DNA from: Hydrolagus colliei | Taxonomy: Eukaryota | Direction of reading: 5' to 3' | NCBI GenBank assembly: GCA_035084275.1 | Contig: CM068755.1 | Location: forward strand, 8,556,001-8,620,000 | DNA: 64,000 bases | Shown here: positions 25,408 through 38,129 of the stretch, in pieces | Layout: every line of letters begins with the position of its first letter | Position numbering within the stretch: the stretch's first letter is position 1 | Notes under the pieces: model-generated | Database searches by the model: none | Seen by the model: the letters and a program-made list of their open reading frames with translations, nothing else | Told to the model about the DNA's origin: nothing | Program-made: the position numbers and the translations under genes

Positions 25408-26870
25408 GTGGTTTTGAAGCCCCCCCCCCCCCCCCCCCTGAAGTGTTCTTCTCTCGGATACTGTTTAGGAAATGTTAGAGTAAGGTTCGTTTGAATATGA
25501 AGTTGCCAAATATATTGAAAAAAAATTCCGGAGCCATTGAGCTGCTTCGCTTTCAAATACTGACTGACACGCTGTACACATAACATACAGTCAATTCACT
25601 TCGCATCGTGTCCTGCGAAGCGCTTTGAGACGTCTCAAAGACGTGTTGAGGCGCTATATTACAGTTGCTATGAGTACGTGTGCTGGCGCTATCTCTGTAC
25701 TGCCTGTTGGAACACATCACTGGGGTGGTGGTTTTGCTGTTGACAGACTGGGGGAAGCCAAAGACTCTTCCTGAAGGATAAATCAGTTTGCTCGAAAGCT
25801 TTTTCCCCCCCCCCGAACACTGGAGTAGTGGCAATCATTAGTGAAGGCTTACAGTAGTGAAGGCTTTGGCGGTTAGTGCAGTACACAAGGGAATGCACAT
25901 CCCTCTCTCTGTCTCTCTCTCTCTAGGCTAATGCGCTCTGCCCCCTTTTGACCCCAGAGATGAGATTTATTTATTCCATTGATATTGGGTCTGCAGTGTT
26001 TTCTGAAACGAATCTCTGCCTCTCCTTGTTCCCCTTAATATACTCTGAGGACTGAGGGGGTGGTTTGAAGATGTTGATATCTTTACAACGACACTAGTTA
26101 TTTATTTCCACCCACTACTGTATGGATGTACTCCTCAGGCAATCGATTGATTGGTGTTGTTTTAAGGAAGCCGCGCAGCTGGTTTGCTCCGGGATCAAAA
26201 GGGACAAAATGCACCTTTTAAAACTCAAACGTGGTGGGGATTGGCCGTGTCTGAGTGACTTCGCCAAAAACACACACACACACAAACACACACACGCACA
26301 CACACAAATCACGCCTTTCGCGAATCACACACAGACGTACAGACGTTGCTTGTTTTGATTTATTTTCAATTGAAAATGGTTGGGATTTCGGAGCGATTAT
26401 GCGGCACGGTGCGGTTATGCGCTTCTGTTAAATAAAACCAACAGCACAGCCATTGTTAACCCTAACAGTGACTGTAACCAATTCTGTAAACCCTCTACAT
26501 CTTGAAATGTTGCCGTCTAACTAACTCCAGCTCCTAAATCAAGACAAGACGCTCATTTGTATTTAAATCCCAAATTGTTCCTTCTCATCCCAAACCCTAC
26601 ACCAAACCCGAAACAACATCAATTTGCAAAAAAATAAGAAGCGAGACACTTTTATGTAGGGCTGGGAAGACTGAAGTTGCCCTAAGAGTAGACGGAGCCG
26701 GTGGTTTTGAAGCCTTCTGAACTGTTCTTCTTTCGGACACTGTTTCGGAAATGTTAGTGAGCTTTGTTTGAATATGAATTATGAAGTTGAAGTTGCCAAA
26801 TATATTGAAGATTTTTTTCCCGGAGTCATTGACCTGCTTCTCTTTCAAATACTGACTGACAAGCTGTACA
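25408..26870 (+). repeat. Two diverged direct copies of a ~170-bp unit (25408-25578 and 26701-26870)
   Basis: Both run GTGGTTTTGAAGCC..TGTTCTTCT..GGAAATGTTAG..GTTTGAATATGAA..GTTGCCAAATATATTGAA..CCGGAG.CATTGA.CTGCTTC.CTTTCAAATACTGACTGACA.GCTGTACA. Confidence 0.9.
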
Positions 26871-27823
26871 TGGGCAGTGTACTTTCTTCTTTTGTGACAT
26901 GAAACCCACCGACTCTTCAGTATGAGGGGAAAGTCCTTTGCCAATATGTACACTGAAAGTGTTATGAATAATACTTTCTCATCTTGAAACATATACAGCT
27001 CACTCACCAGCTGTGCGAGTGTGGTGGAAGGCCGACGTCTCAATTGTCATCAGTGGATTGTCTTTTTGTGCGTTTCCTGCTCGAATTTATTGGAGCTGGA
27101 TTAGTTATTCAATATTTCTGATATGTTAAAGGATTGCTAAAAAAAAAGTGAGATAAGGTTGCCACTTATTCAAATCAAAAGCAATATTTCCATCGGGACA
27201 ACACATCCGAATACAATTTTGTCCCAAATTGATTGAAACATTCACACTTAATTACAAGCAGAGACTGAGCTGTTATATAAACGTTAACAAAGTAATTCGA
27301 TATGATACCTTTCTCGCGGAGGAAAGGTATTAAACAACTGTTTGTTTTCCCTCAAACATAATAACAGGCGCGGTTTTTCATTAACATTATTCTACTCCTA
27401 GTTTATACAGACCTAAAGGTTTCCCTTTTCTAGCCGAATCAAGGTAACACAACGGTAATTCAGAGTTACATGTCGGAGGTGTTTTCAGCAAAATAGTACA
27501 TTTTCTGATAGTAAGCACGTTGTCCCTCATAATGCCAAATCATTGCAAGATACAGTTCTGAAAACTATTGAGATAAATATATTATTTAATCGTAGTTTAT
27601 AGATAACATGCTGGAAAATATGAGGAAATAAGTATAAATGTGTGTATATGTTTAATCAATACTCTATGCATGTTAGGATAAATACCTGCATATTTGTGGT
27701 TCTATTTATTTAGCTGTGTTTTTTAAAATTATGTTGCATGCATTCATACTTGTACAACTGTGTACGTTACATACCTTCATGTGTATGCATCCATTCAAAT
27801 GTACAAATGTGTATATTACATAT

Positions 27824-28405
27824 AATAATCCATGCATTTGATATAGCGCTTTTCACCTCTTCTAGACTTCTCACAAAAATAATAATTTAGCCACCTAAAC
27901 CACAACTGTTTGTGGGAACACTGCTGTGCGCAGTTGGCTGCCGCATTTTGCCCCACAAAATATGCAGTCAACTAATTTTACAGTATATTTCTATGAAGTG
28001 CTTTACGAAGTCTCAAGACGTGATGAGGCGCTATATCAAATGCAAGGATTATTATTATTATGCATGTGTGAACATATATATATATATATAGACTGTATCT
28101 ATATTAAGAGAGAGCAGTCAACATCTGTCAAGTATCAAACGAGAAAGAGGTGGGAATAGAGAGGGAAGAAGAGTTAGATAACAACAACAACAACAACAAT
28201 TTACATTTATATAGCGCCTTTCACGTCGGGAGGACGTCCCAAGGCGCTAAATAGATATAGATAGATATATATAGAGATACAGTAGATATCAATAGAGAAG
28301 TCCAGATTTTGCTAACTGGCAGTTGTAGAGCTGAGTGTATCTCCCTCCCACCCACACAATTGCACTTGTATAGCGCCTTTCCCGTCGGGAGGACGTCCCA
28401 GGGCA
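27824..28405. mobile_element. Cluster of SINE/L2 tail fragments immediately upstream of the ETFA promoter
   Basis: Minus tail 27824-27875, plus Deu+tail 27905-28060, and minus L2 tails at 28180-28248 and 28360-28405. Confidence 0.85.
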
Positions 28406-28479
28406 ACCCCTCACACCCCCCACTCACTCACTGATATTCACCCTCACCCACTGACACTGACTGGTACACACTCTGAACA

Positions 28480-28637
28480 CGTGGACACACTGGCCCAATC
28501 ACTGCTCGCTCTTGAGCGGCCGGGAGCCAATAGGAGCGCAGTGTCGGTTCTCGCGGCAGCTCTCGCGAGACGTGCCGGGCAGTCAGACCGGGTTCGGTGT
28601 TGAGGGGAGGGAGGGTGGGGGGGGGAAGGGAAGCAAA
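28480..28637 (+). promoter_or_regulatory. ETFA CpG-island promoter / 5' UTR
   Basis: CCAAT at 28495 and 28527, palindromic TCTCGCGAGA at 28561-28570, CpG-rich, no TATA box. Confidence 0.75.
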
Positions 28638-28673
28638 ATGTCCCGAATTTTCTTCAGACATCGAGCGGCGGCG
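28638..28673 (+). CDS. ETFA: ETFA exon 1 (mitochondrial presequence MSRIFFRHRAAA)
   Basis: ATG within a CpG island, Arg-rich with no acidic residues, phase-0 donor GTGAGT, in frame with exon 2. Confidence 0.85.
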
Positions 28674-29239
28674 GTGAGTCTCCCCCGGGGAGAGGGAGGG
28701 GGGAGAGGGAAGGAGGGAGGAGAGGGAGGGAGAAACGAACGAATAAATAAGAGAGACAGAGAGACAGAGAGAACGAAGTGTGTGTCTTGTGTGTTTGTCA
28801 CGCTGAAGCGGCCTCTAGTTGTCGAGTCTCTGATCTTTCGGGATCGGGAGGCAGCCCAGAGTAAAGGCCCAGAGTCTCCCTCCCTCCCTCCCTCCCTCCC
28901 TCCCAGCAGCCAGGCCACATCCAGCCTCAGGAGAGGGGGCTTTGAGCCATTCAGTCCCTAATTGTCCCTGGTTGGTGGGTGGGGGGGGGGTTATCATTGA
29001 GTTGCAAAGGTCACCTTGTCTCCATTCCCTCTTTATATAACAGATGACTCCTTCCCGACGGTTGATTTCGCGACGCAATCGCCGTGTCTGTCACTTGTTT
29101 GTGATGGAAATGATCATTGGCTTCTCTTATGATTTTCATCTTGGGTCTGGCGATGAGGACGTGTGTTCTATAGATTGCAAAAATATTGTCAAGCGTTCCT
29201 CTCCCTCCCTCCCACCACACACTTACATAACAAATAATA

Positions 29240-30610
29240 CTGTTGCATGTCATTGATTTATTGCATTCACATTATTCACAATTGGCTGCTGCATTTCGCC
29301 CACAAAATACAGTCGATTCACTTTACAGTATGATCTGTAAAGCGCTTTTCAGACGTCTTGAAGACAATCTCAAGGATTATTATTATATTATAATAATTAT
29401 TATAATTATTCAATATATTTATTCAATGACTTGCTCTGAAGTGTGATCAATGTATATGCCACCAAAATCCCATAAGCAGCAATGACCAATTAAACAGTTT
29501 TTATATTGTGTTGAGTTGGAATAGTGGCCAGGACAATGGGAGAAATTCATGCTTTTCCTTGAAATTGGACCATTTCATCTTAGATATCTGTGTGATGTAT
29601 GTCACTGAATTATAGAGAAGGGAATTTACCCAGTGTCCAGCCCAGCAATCCCCTACATAAATTTGATCACTCACGCCGTGCCTATTTGTGGGATACTGCT
29701 ATTTGCAAATTGCCTGCCAAGATTTGTTGAAAGTTGTATCACTTTGCAGTGTGTCCTCCTTGTCCCCCGAATCCTCCGCTCCGATCCGTTATCGTGAAGC
29801 GCTCTGAGATGCAATCTGGCGTGGAGGACGCTATATAATTGTAAGTTGTTGTTGTTGTCCTGTAAAGTGTTTTGAACATCTCAATGATGTGATGGTACAG
29901 TGTCAAATGCAAAAAATATTGTTGTGCGAGTACATAGTTTTATACCCATTTAAATAATCTCTTTGGAGAAAAAACAAGTTGTTCATGATTCAAACAGCAG
30001 ATAGCACATTCCAATGGTCAAATTGTGTAATTATAAACTGAAGTGGTTTCACACCATGTGATTTGCAGTGATACTGGGTTTGTACTGCGCCTGGAAACTC
30101 GAGAGGCAGAATGAATTAGGATGTTTATAAGGTGATAGATTGATACTTGGGAGGAAAAAAAGTGGAATGGATTAAAAGATTTACCTTAGTGTAATAAACT
30201 AGTGGAACAGCCTCAATAGGCTTGAAGACTTCCACATTCCTTGTGTCCTACTGTGTACTCTTATAGACTTTGTTGGCAAGTAACAGCAGATTATTTTGCA
30301 ATACGTTTGCAGTGATGATAAGGTTATTGATCCATTGGTTGGAACATTCTGTTCAGGACTTGAAATACTGGATACCGAAATTTAATGTTAGCATTGTGTT
30401 CTTTGAATTTAGCTTCTGGTTTTACACACTTATGAATTACTGCCATACAATCAATCTCCAGATTTTCATTTTAAAAGGCTAGTTCTGCAAATGTTCAGCT
30501 ATAAAAGAAAAATCAGTTTCTGGAAAATAATAATGATCCTGGCATTTGATTTAGTGCCTTATCATATCTTCGAGACGTCTCAAAGCGGTTCACAGAATAT
30601 ACTGTAAAGT
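29240..30610. mobile_element. SINE fragments in ETFA intron 1
   Basis: Plus copies at about 29240-29390 and 29620-29860, minus tail at about 30525-30610. Confidence 0.75.
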
Positions 30611-31036
30611 GTGATGGTACAGTACAGATCTTTTGTGAAGCTTTGTTTTTTTTTACCTTCCGTGATGCCTTGGAAAGATTATCCAATGATTAAATGGTAT
30701 GATCTAAGCATATTCACCTACGCTGAGTTAATTGAGTGCAGAACGGACAGCAATAGGGCTGGCACAATTAGCTTCAGTACCCCATGGGTTAGGGAGGGGA
30801 AAATTAACTACCCCCCCCTCCACCACACGCCCCCCTGGGAATGTCCAGTCCCAGGCTAAGAATTTAGAATTAGCTTCATTGCTCTCTGCAGTTTGAATAG
30901 TTTGCTTCCACTTGCCTGCACAAATGTGAATAATGTCTACTTGGACACATGGGGCTATAGAACCTTAGCAAAGGAGAAGGGAAAAGAAGGAGTCCTAATA
31001 TCTTCTGTGGAGGGAGGGAGGGATGAAAAGTAGGTA

Positions 31037-31510
31037 CAGTAAAAGCCATTTATCCAGCACCCGATCAACCGTAACTTCCGTATAACCGGCACATCAAAAA
31101 AAAGTCCGCATTCAATTAACCGGAATTTATCCTGAAAAATGTATTATTTTTTTTAAAAATGTTTTTGCGTTCTCGGCCGAATATACAGCACGCGCTTTAT
31201 TGTCAGGTCGGGCCTTCAGTTTCTCCGCTCCCACCCCTCAATCCCTCAATCCCTCCGTCTCGTTTCTTCCCTTTCCTCTTTCAAGGCCGGTTTGAAGACT
31301 TTCCTCTTCGACCGTGCCTTTTGTTCCATCCCGAATTTTTTGACCTCCCCTTCGTATCTCACCCCTTCCCAAACACTCCCCTCTCAGCTCGGGTCACACG
31401 CCTCCTGTGCAGCGCCTTGGGACGTCCTCCCGACGTGAAAGGCGCTCTATAAATGTAATTTTTTGTTGTTGTTGTTGTTCCGAGGGTGCTGGATAAACAA
31501 GCTTTTACTG
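31037..31510. mobile_element. Non-autonomous Tc1/mariner-superfamily (pogo/Tigger-like) MITE containing an L2 3' fragment
   Basis: TIRs CAGTAAAAGCCATTTATCCAGCACCC and GGGTGCTGGATAAACAAGCTTTTACTG, with TA on both sides (31035-36 and 31511-12). Confidence 0.85.
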
Positions 31511-31691
31511 TAGTTGGAAGCAAAAAGTACAAATATACTATTGTGGTTTCATTCTTGCACTTTAAATTTTTTTTTATTACTATTATTAAGCTTCCAATTT
31601 GGTTACAACAAAGAAAAAAAGCTGAGACTGAAAATTGTTAAAGAGCAGAAATAATCGATTCTAGTAAAAACTTTTTATCTCCTTTTCATAG

Positions 31692-31838
31692 GTCAGTTAT
31701 CTGCACAGATTTCAGAGCACTCTGGTAATAGCAGAACACAACAATGAGAAACTGACGCCCATCACACTGAATACCATCACTGCTGCCAAGCAACTCGGGG
31801 AGGTAACCTGCTTGGTTGCTGGCACAGACTGTGCCAAG
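31692..31838 (+). CDS. ETFA: ETFA exon 2
   Basis: [49 protein letters not shown]. 147 nt, AG/GT. Confidence 0.97.
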
Positions 31839-32570
31839 GTAAGAAATGTTACTTTCAACATACGGAATTTAAATTAAATTGTCACTGTATTACGTGGTGT
31901 ACTTTTTTTTTCTAGTTCTAGCACTCGATCAAAACCAACTGTGACCTTACCCTGATGTTACACAGCGCTGCATTTACTGAGTTATCACAGAAGGAAATTC
32001 TAACCAGTTAGTGCCAACACAACACTTAGATCAGGCGGCATGAAGTTCTGACTGAACCTAAACATACATGGTGCTTGATAAAATTTGTAGATCATTATTC
32101 AGTACCTGTTTTTGTCTGTGAGATTGTGCTTCTGGAAATTGGCGAACAGTTGATGGGAGGTGCTTGAAATGTGCTTGGATTTTTCTAATGTATAAAATGC
32201 TTTGATTAACAATAAATATGTATGTATGGCAGATGTGGTTTGCAAGTGCGAATGTTTGGCTAATAATCAACATTACTCTGTCTATTTATCGTTCCTTCTT
32301 GAATGCAGGTTTTTTTTCTCTTTACATGGATTATTTATCTCGGTTTATATTATTTTATGATGAGTGGAATCAAAACAAGTTAACCGAGGATATTCTGTAT
32401 GTCCATTGTTACAAAATCAGCTAATGTTGATGTAGACTTTGTCTTGTGCACTCAACGGAACATTGAGCCAAGGAACCCAGTCATCACGCAACCAGGTTAC
32501 CCAGGTAATGCCACTCTCTGCATGTCACTAGGCCAAATTATATTGACCACTGTTTGCATTTCAATTGCAG

Positions 32571-32652
32571 GTGGCAGAAGAGATCAGTAAAGTGCAGGGT
32601 GTGAAGAAGGTGCTCATTGCTCAGAATGATATATTCAAAGGTTTCCTACCAG
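32571..32652 (+). CDS. ETFA: ETFA exon 3
   Basis: VAEEISKVQGVKKVLIAQNDIFKGFLP. 82 nt, AG/GT. Confidence 0.96.
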
Positions 32653-33461
32653 GTGAGAATAGATATAATCTCACTGTTTGATGACAAAGGAGTTCCATGA
32701 CTTATTTTTTGGGGTGGCCAGGGTCTATCATTTTAATCTAACATGTGTGGAAACCCATCGCTGTATTTTAAGAATATCCAAATCATTCTGAGAAATTAAC
32801 ATGGAAATTTCCCTGTGTTTGGCATGCAATGAACACTCCCTCCCTGGAGGGATGCACTCTGCTTACCCAATTCTCCATGATTTACTCATGGGTTAGCAAG
32901 ACCAGCTGCTCCTGCTGGAATGTTGAGTTTTGAATTATCAGATGGTAAATTAAAGGGTTGAAGGGTGCTATCACTCTGTTACAGTCTTGTCAATAATAAT
33001 AATGTTACACTGCGTTCCCATCTACCTGATTAGATGGACTTTAAAGATCCCATTGCAGTATTTGGAAAAAAAGAAGGGAGCTTGTCCAATGGACCTGGTC
33101 AATAATCCTCCAGGCAAAATTGGTCATTCACCTACTCCTGTTTGTGGAATATTGCTGTATGCAAATCAGCTGCCACGTATGCTTACAGTTGCACAGTCAA
33201 TACACTTTACAGTAAATTCTGAGAAACATTGACGTTTTAATGATATGACAAGGTGCTGTATCATACGCAAGTACAGTATTATGATAATTTGGGGCTGTGC
33301 CCTTGAAAATGCTTCTTGCTTCTTCCTCATCAGGTAGGTTTTCAGTGCAGCTCTGTTTTTGTGGCAGCCTTTGCCATGTTTTTCTTTTCTGTGTAATATG
33401 CACCCATTCCCTCTCTCTTCCAGCTATGTGTCTAACATTCAGCTTGCTGTATTGTTCACAG

Positions 33462-33544
33462 AGGAGCTGACTCCACTGGTGCTGGCCACGCAGCAGCAAT
33501 TTAAATTCACGCACATCTGTGCAGGGGCTTCTGCCTTTGGAAAG
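33462..33544 (+). CDS. ETFA: ETFA exon 4
   Basis: [28 protein letters not shown]. 83 nt, AG/GT. Confidence 0.97.
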
Positions 33545-35335
33545 GTGAGTTAAGTGTCAACAAATCATCAGAAGATTCTTGGATTTTTTTTGGGGGGGTT
33601 TGGATAGCTATATGTTAGTAACTAGAGTTGTTTTTGTTTAAAATACTCATAGTTAACATGTACATAAAGGTGCATGTTTGACACCAGATCCTATCACATG
33701 TTGCTGTGCGTTGAGATGAAGTTGCTTCCTGTGGAACCTAGATTGTTCACCTGTTGCCAAGAAAGCCGATCAGGTCTTGCTCATGTGCTGCCTATACATT
33801 GACTATAAGGTCTTGAGATGAAAAATAAAGAATATGGGGAAAGAGCTGGAAAGTGGGATTAATTTTAAAAAATTGCTAAAACAAAACATTTGCAATATTT
33901 TCTGCGCTGTCCTTATTTCAATGTATGCAGATTGCCTTCCAATCATTTCGATTTTGCATTTCCCAGCAAAGGCTTTGGCTGTGTTCACCAATGTATCACA
34001 CTAACTAGTTTGGTTCATTGCCAAGTGTGTGGCCATAGGATCAGCAGAGGCCTCTTGCTCACAGAGTACTTTACATTCTGTAAATGGCTGTTTGGGGCTT
34101 GAGCTTCTTCAGTAATGCCTCTGAAGTGCTGCAACACTTCCTGTTGATTTTCTTTTCCCCTGCAATATTTCACGTTAGGTTTGGAGCTGTCAGCTCACCG
34201 ACTTAATGGTGCCTCAATTGAATTACTGTACATTACACAGTGCATTATGTATCATAATTTATGTTTTATCAAATTAGTCTCTTTTCCCCCTCTCTGCTTG
34301 TGTGCTGCCATTTCCCACATTTCACAATAATATGCCAATTAGCTCTCCTTCCTACTGAAACATTAGATTTAATGCAGCTTTTCGGTGCGATAAAATTACT
34401 GTTTCACTGTTGATGAGTAAGTAAACGGAGATGTGAAACATGATTAAAATATTCTCATTAAGTAATGCATTTGAAAGTCGGTAGTTCTATTAACAAAAAT
34501 AAAAGGAAATGTTGGCATTGGGAACCCATGATTTGCTTTCCACAAAATGGAACGATTTGGTTTAAAAAAAATTTAAATTGCAATCCTGTCTTTGTAATGT
34601 ACTATTTAATCTTGCATCTTAAATGTTGATGTTCCCAATCATTCTGCTGTAAAGGACTCTTGTTAAGATCTTCTTCCTTCCCCTTGTATTGGGAAGAAAA
34701 TAGAGTTATAATTTGGAAACCAAGGTCACGCTTTGTCAGCTCACCCACCTCTGCGTTGTGAAAGAAGATACGGTATATTGTTCAGCCACTGCTGCAGATG
34801 ATGGTTATGGAAGAATGTGTTTGATGTTTTGTGGGGCTGTGTGTTACTTGGGAAAGCCTGTGCTGCATGACATTGACCGCTCACAGAGAATCAACTGACT
34901 CTTTAGATAATGAATTGCAGTTCCTCAGAAGTTTACAGGCATTCATAAGGTGTTTGAATAGAGCTCAGTACGTGGGTTTATGTATAGATTTGGGATCTCT
35001 ACTCAATACCAAGTATTTTTTATATAAGAAATACATTTATAAATTCACGAATGACAGGGGAGGTAGTTTCCTTCCAAGTCGTCTTTTGCTTTTAATAATC
35101 ACCAATTCCTTAACCAAGATCTCAAACTATGAATGTTTATAGGTGCTACAGTGTGTCACTGAGGGTAAGATTCATGGTGATGCACGAATTACCCCAAATA
35201 AAATGTTTGGAGCTAAAAGTTAAAGCGAAAGCTGCGGAAGGAGCAAATAGGGGAAAAGCATTCAGATGCAAAATCGGTGACAAGTCTGAGCAAAAGAATT
35301 AAAGCTTTTAAGCATTTGCCATTTTGTCCTTACAG

Positions 35336-35435
35336 AATCTTGTGCCCAGGGTGGCTGCCAAACTCGATGTCGCCGCTATCTCCGACATCATTGAAATCAA
35401 GGCACCGGATACCTTTGTCAGAACTATCTATGCAG
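35336..35435 (+). CDS. ETFA: ETFA exon 5
   Basis: [33 protein letters not shown]. 100 nt, AG/GT. Confidence 0.97.
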
Positions 35436-36173
35436 GTAGGCCAATGTGAAACCTGTTTTGTTGGTTGTAGTGTCACGAAAAACCATTGAGTGACTTGTAA
35501 TTATTGAATCAACACTGTTTTACTGAAGTTACAAACTACTGTCTTTGAAGCCGTCCAAGAACCATTTATATTGCAGTGTAATTTAGACAGTGATCTGGCA
35601 GAGAATGTGAGAAACCTGTCTACCTGAAGCGATCCATCAGTCCATTGTTTCTGGCCATGGTACTGCACCTATTATTCGCTTTTGTTAGTTTCAATTAACA
35701 CCTGGAAAGAGTAGGATGGTTGTCATCGTTAACAATTTTCCTCTCTATGTGTTGACAGCAGACTGGTGTACTGTTTCAGTGATAGCAAAGTCACTTGTTT
35801 TTGTGCAGGGAAAAAAATAGTGGGACTGCTGCTTTTGTGATTTCCAACAGTTGGATATGCTCTGCAATGGAGCCAAAGTCAAATTAACAAGTTTTGAAAG
35901 GAAACTGACCGCATCAGATTCAAATCTTAATTCTTTGGGTCTTTAAATTAACTGTTGAAAATAATTTGAAGGAGGAATATAAATGGGAGTATTAAGGATA
36001 TAGTTGCATTCACCCCTATTCTGATTATTCTCATCCTGTAGAGTGGCATTTGATTTTTTTTCATTTGCTAAAAAGTATCCAGTTAAGCTGTCCAACACAG
36101 TGCCCTGAGTGAAGGGCGCTGGATAAATGCAATTTGTTGCTGTCCAATTCGTAAATCTTGTTGTTTTTCATAG

Positions 36174-36284
36174 GAAATGCCTTGTGCACAGTGAAGTCCA
36201 GCGATGAGGTGAAGGTTTTCTCAGTACGGGGCACTGCTTTCGAAGCTGCTTCTGCAAGTGATGAAACAGCGAGTTCTGAGCAAG
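36174..36284 (+). CDS. ETFA: ETFA exon 6
   Basis: GNALCTVKSSDEVKVFSVRGTAFEAASASDETASSEQ. 111 nt, AG/GT. Confidence 0.97.
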
Positions 36285-36629
36285 GTGAGTGCTGCCAAAC
36301 TTTGAAATTGATAACCATTTTCCTTCATCTAAAGTTTTGATTTGCATTGCAAATTTTAAAAACAAGATTGTTTTAAAATGATTGGAAGCGATCGTATTTC
36401 AATTTAAAATGTTGTTTGTCTATTAAGGGCGATCAGATAATTGGATACTCATCTTGTTGTGATCTGGGGTTCTTCAGGCCCAAAGTTGGCGCTGTATTTG
36501 CCAGCAAAATAGCATTCACTTTATTTCTAATTTTGTGTAGTGTTTCGAAATGCTCTCTTATGTACTAGGCACTGAAGAAATGTAAGATGTTGCTGACTTT
36601 CATTCTCCTTGTTCTGTTTTTCTGTTTAG

Positions 36630-36731
36630 TTTCTTCGCCTCCTGGAGTAGGACTGTCTGAGTGGGTTGGACAAAGCCTGTCTAAGAGTGACCGCCCAGAA
36701 CTGACGAGTGCAAAAACTGTTATATCTGGTG
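36630..36731 (+). CDS. ETFA: ETFA exon 7
   Basis: [34 protein letters not shown]. 102 nt, AG/GT. Confidence 0.97.
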
Positions 36732-37091
36732 GTAAGATGATTTTGGACAGTTTATTAGCAAACATTCATGGTCGTTTTTGTGTTTGCTACCAGTCATTTG
36801 GGGGCTTTTCAAACATCTAAAACATTTTTCTCATTCAAATGCATTTCCAAAACAAAATGACTGAATCTTGAATAGTTTCCTGCTGAGTGGTAATGAAAAT
36901 TTCCAGATCATTTGGCAGCTACACGTAAATAATTTCTGTAATATTATCTGCGCAATCTAACATGCCGCTTGGGTTGCCACAGGAAGTGTGAAGATGGATC
37001 TTAAATTCATGAATCTAAAGTGGGGGATGACCAGATTCTAGCATTTAGCAGTCAGTGCGCATTAGGACCCATGCTATCAATCAGAGGGTGT

Positions 37092-37170
37092 TCATAGAAT
37101 GTTACGGCACAGAAGAAGGCCATTCGGCCCATCGAGTCTGTGCCGGGCTGCCTAAAGAGTGCTCTGCCCA
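37092..37170 (-). mobile_element. CR1 3' end fragment (another at about 39842-39910, minus; degenerate plus copy at about 40140-40540)
   Basis: CATAGAATGTTACGGCACAGAAGAAGGCCATTCGGCCCATCGAGTCTGTGCC is the reverse complement of the CR1 tail. Confidence 0.8.
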
Positions 37171-37572
37171 CAGAAGCAATTCTGTACACAACACTTTCCT
37201 TTTGAATGACGTACTTCAGATTTCGTTTTGTTCCTAAATGATGTGGAAGCATTTAAAATATGCTGAAGGAACTACTATTAAGTGCAAATCTGTAACTAGG
37301 GGATACTATCTAAGATAATCACAAAAAATTACAACTACAATTTATGTAGTGCCCTTCACACAGGATAGTGTCTCAGAGCACTGTAAATGAAATGGGAGGT
37401 TAGAAAAAAATATTTGCACAAAGAGCAGTGTGGAATTCGTAGCATAAGCCATCGTTGAAGCAAACACCATAAAACCTTTTCAATAGAAATTGGGTACATA
37501 GGAGTATTTATATTCTCTTACACAGATTTTGCATTTTTATTAATATTGCTGGGGTTAATTTATTGTCACTAG

Positions 37573-37641
37573 GTCGTGGACTGAAGAGTGGGGAAAACTT
37601 CAAATTGCTCTACGACTTGGCAGATAAGATGAATGCTGCAG
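37573..37641 (+). CDS. ETFA: ETFA exon 8
   Basis: GRGLKSGENFKLLYDLADKMNAA. 69 nt, AG/GT. Confidence 0.97.
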
Positions 37642-38129
37642 GTGAGTGCAACTTCTCCCACTGTTTGACAGACTTGTTGGGGTGAACTTAGTTTCTTATC
37701 TTAATATTTACTGCTAGTTTCTCCTGATGGCCAAATGGGTATGATCCACACTAGAGAATCGTAGTTTGAAATCCTGCAGAGTTATCTGATCGCAGCTAGG
37801 TCAGCGGTCAGGGCTACAATCTGCTTCAGTCTCTGCCCCCTGCTTAGTGAGCGAAAAATAAGCCACTATTTCCACTTCTGCGGAAGGATGCAGGAGACTG
37901 TTTTACAGAAATTTATCTGTAAAATTTTTACAATTTTTACAGAAATTTATCTTACAGATTCTCATCCCTGCAGGTCTGCTATTTAAATTTCTCACAATTC
38001 AGTTCCCACATTCCTACATTCTATCACTTTGTAACTACCAAAGCTGAACATATTAGCTAGCTGGACCAAGCTTCCATGAGAGGTGTCCCTATGGGACACT
38101 TGTTTTCGTTTTCACAAACTGCAGTCATC

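Noticed and set aside
27305-27330. 9-bp hairpin ATACCTTTC..GAAAGGTAT
   Set aside because: Short enough to arise by chance in 64 kb, with no supporting context.
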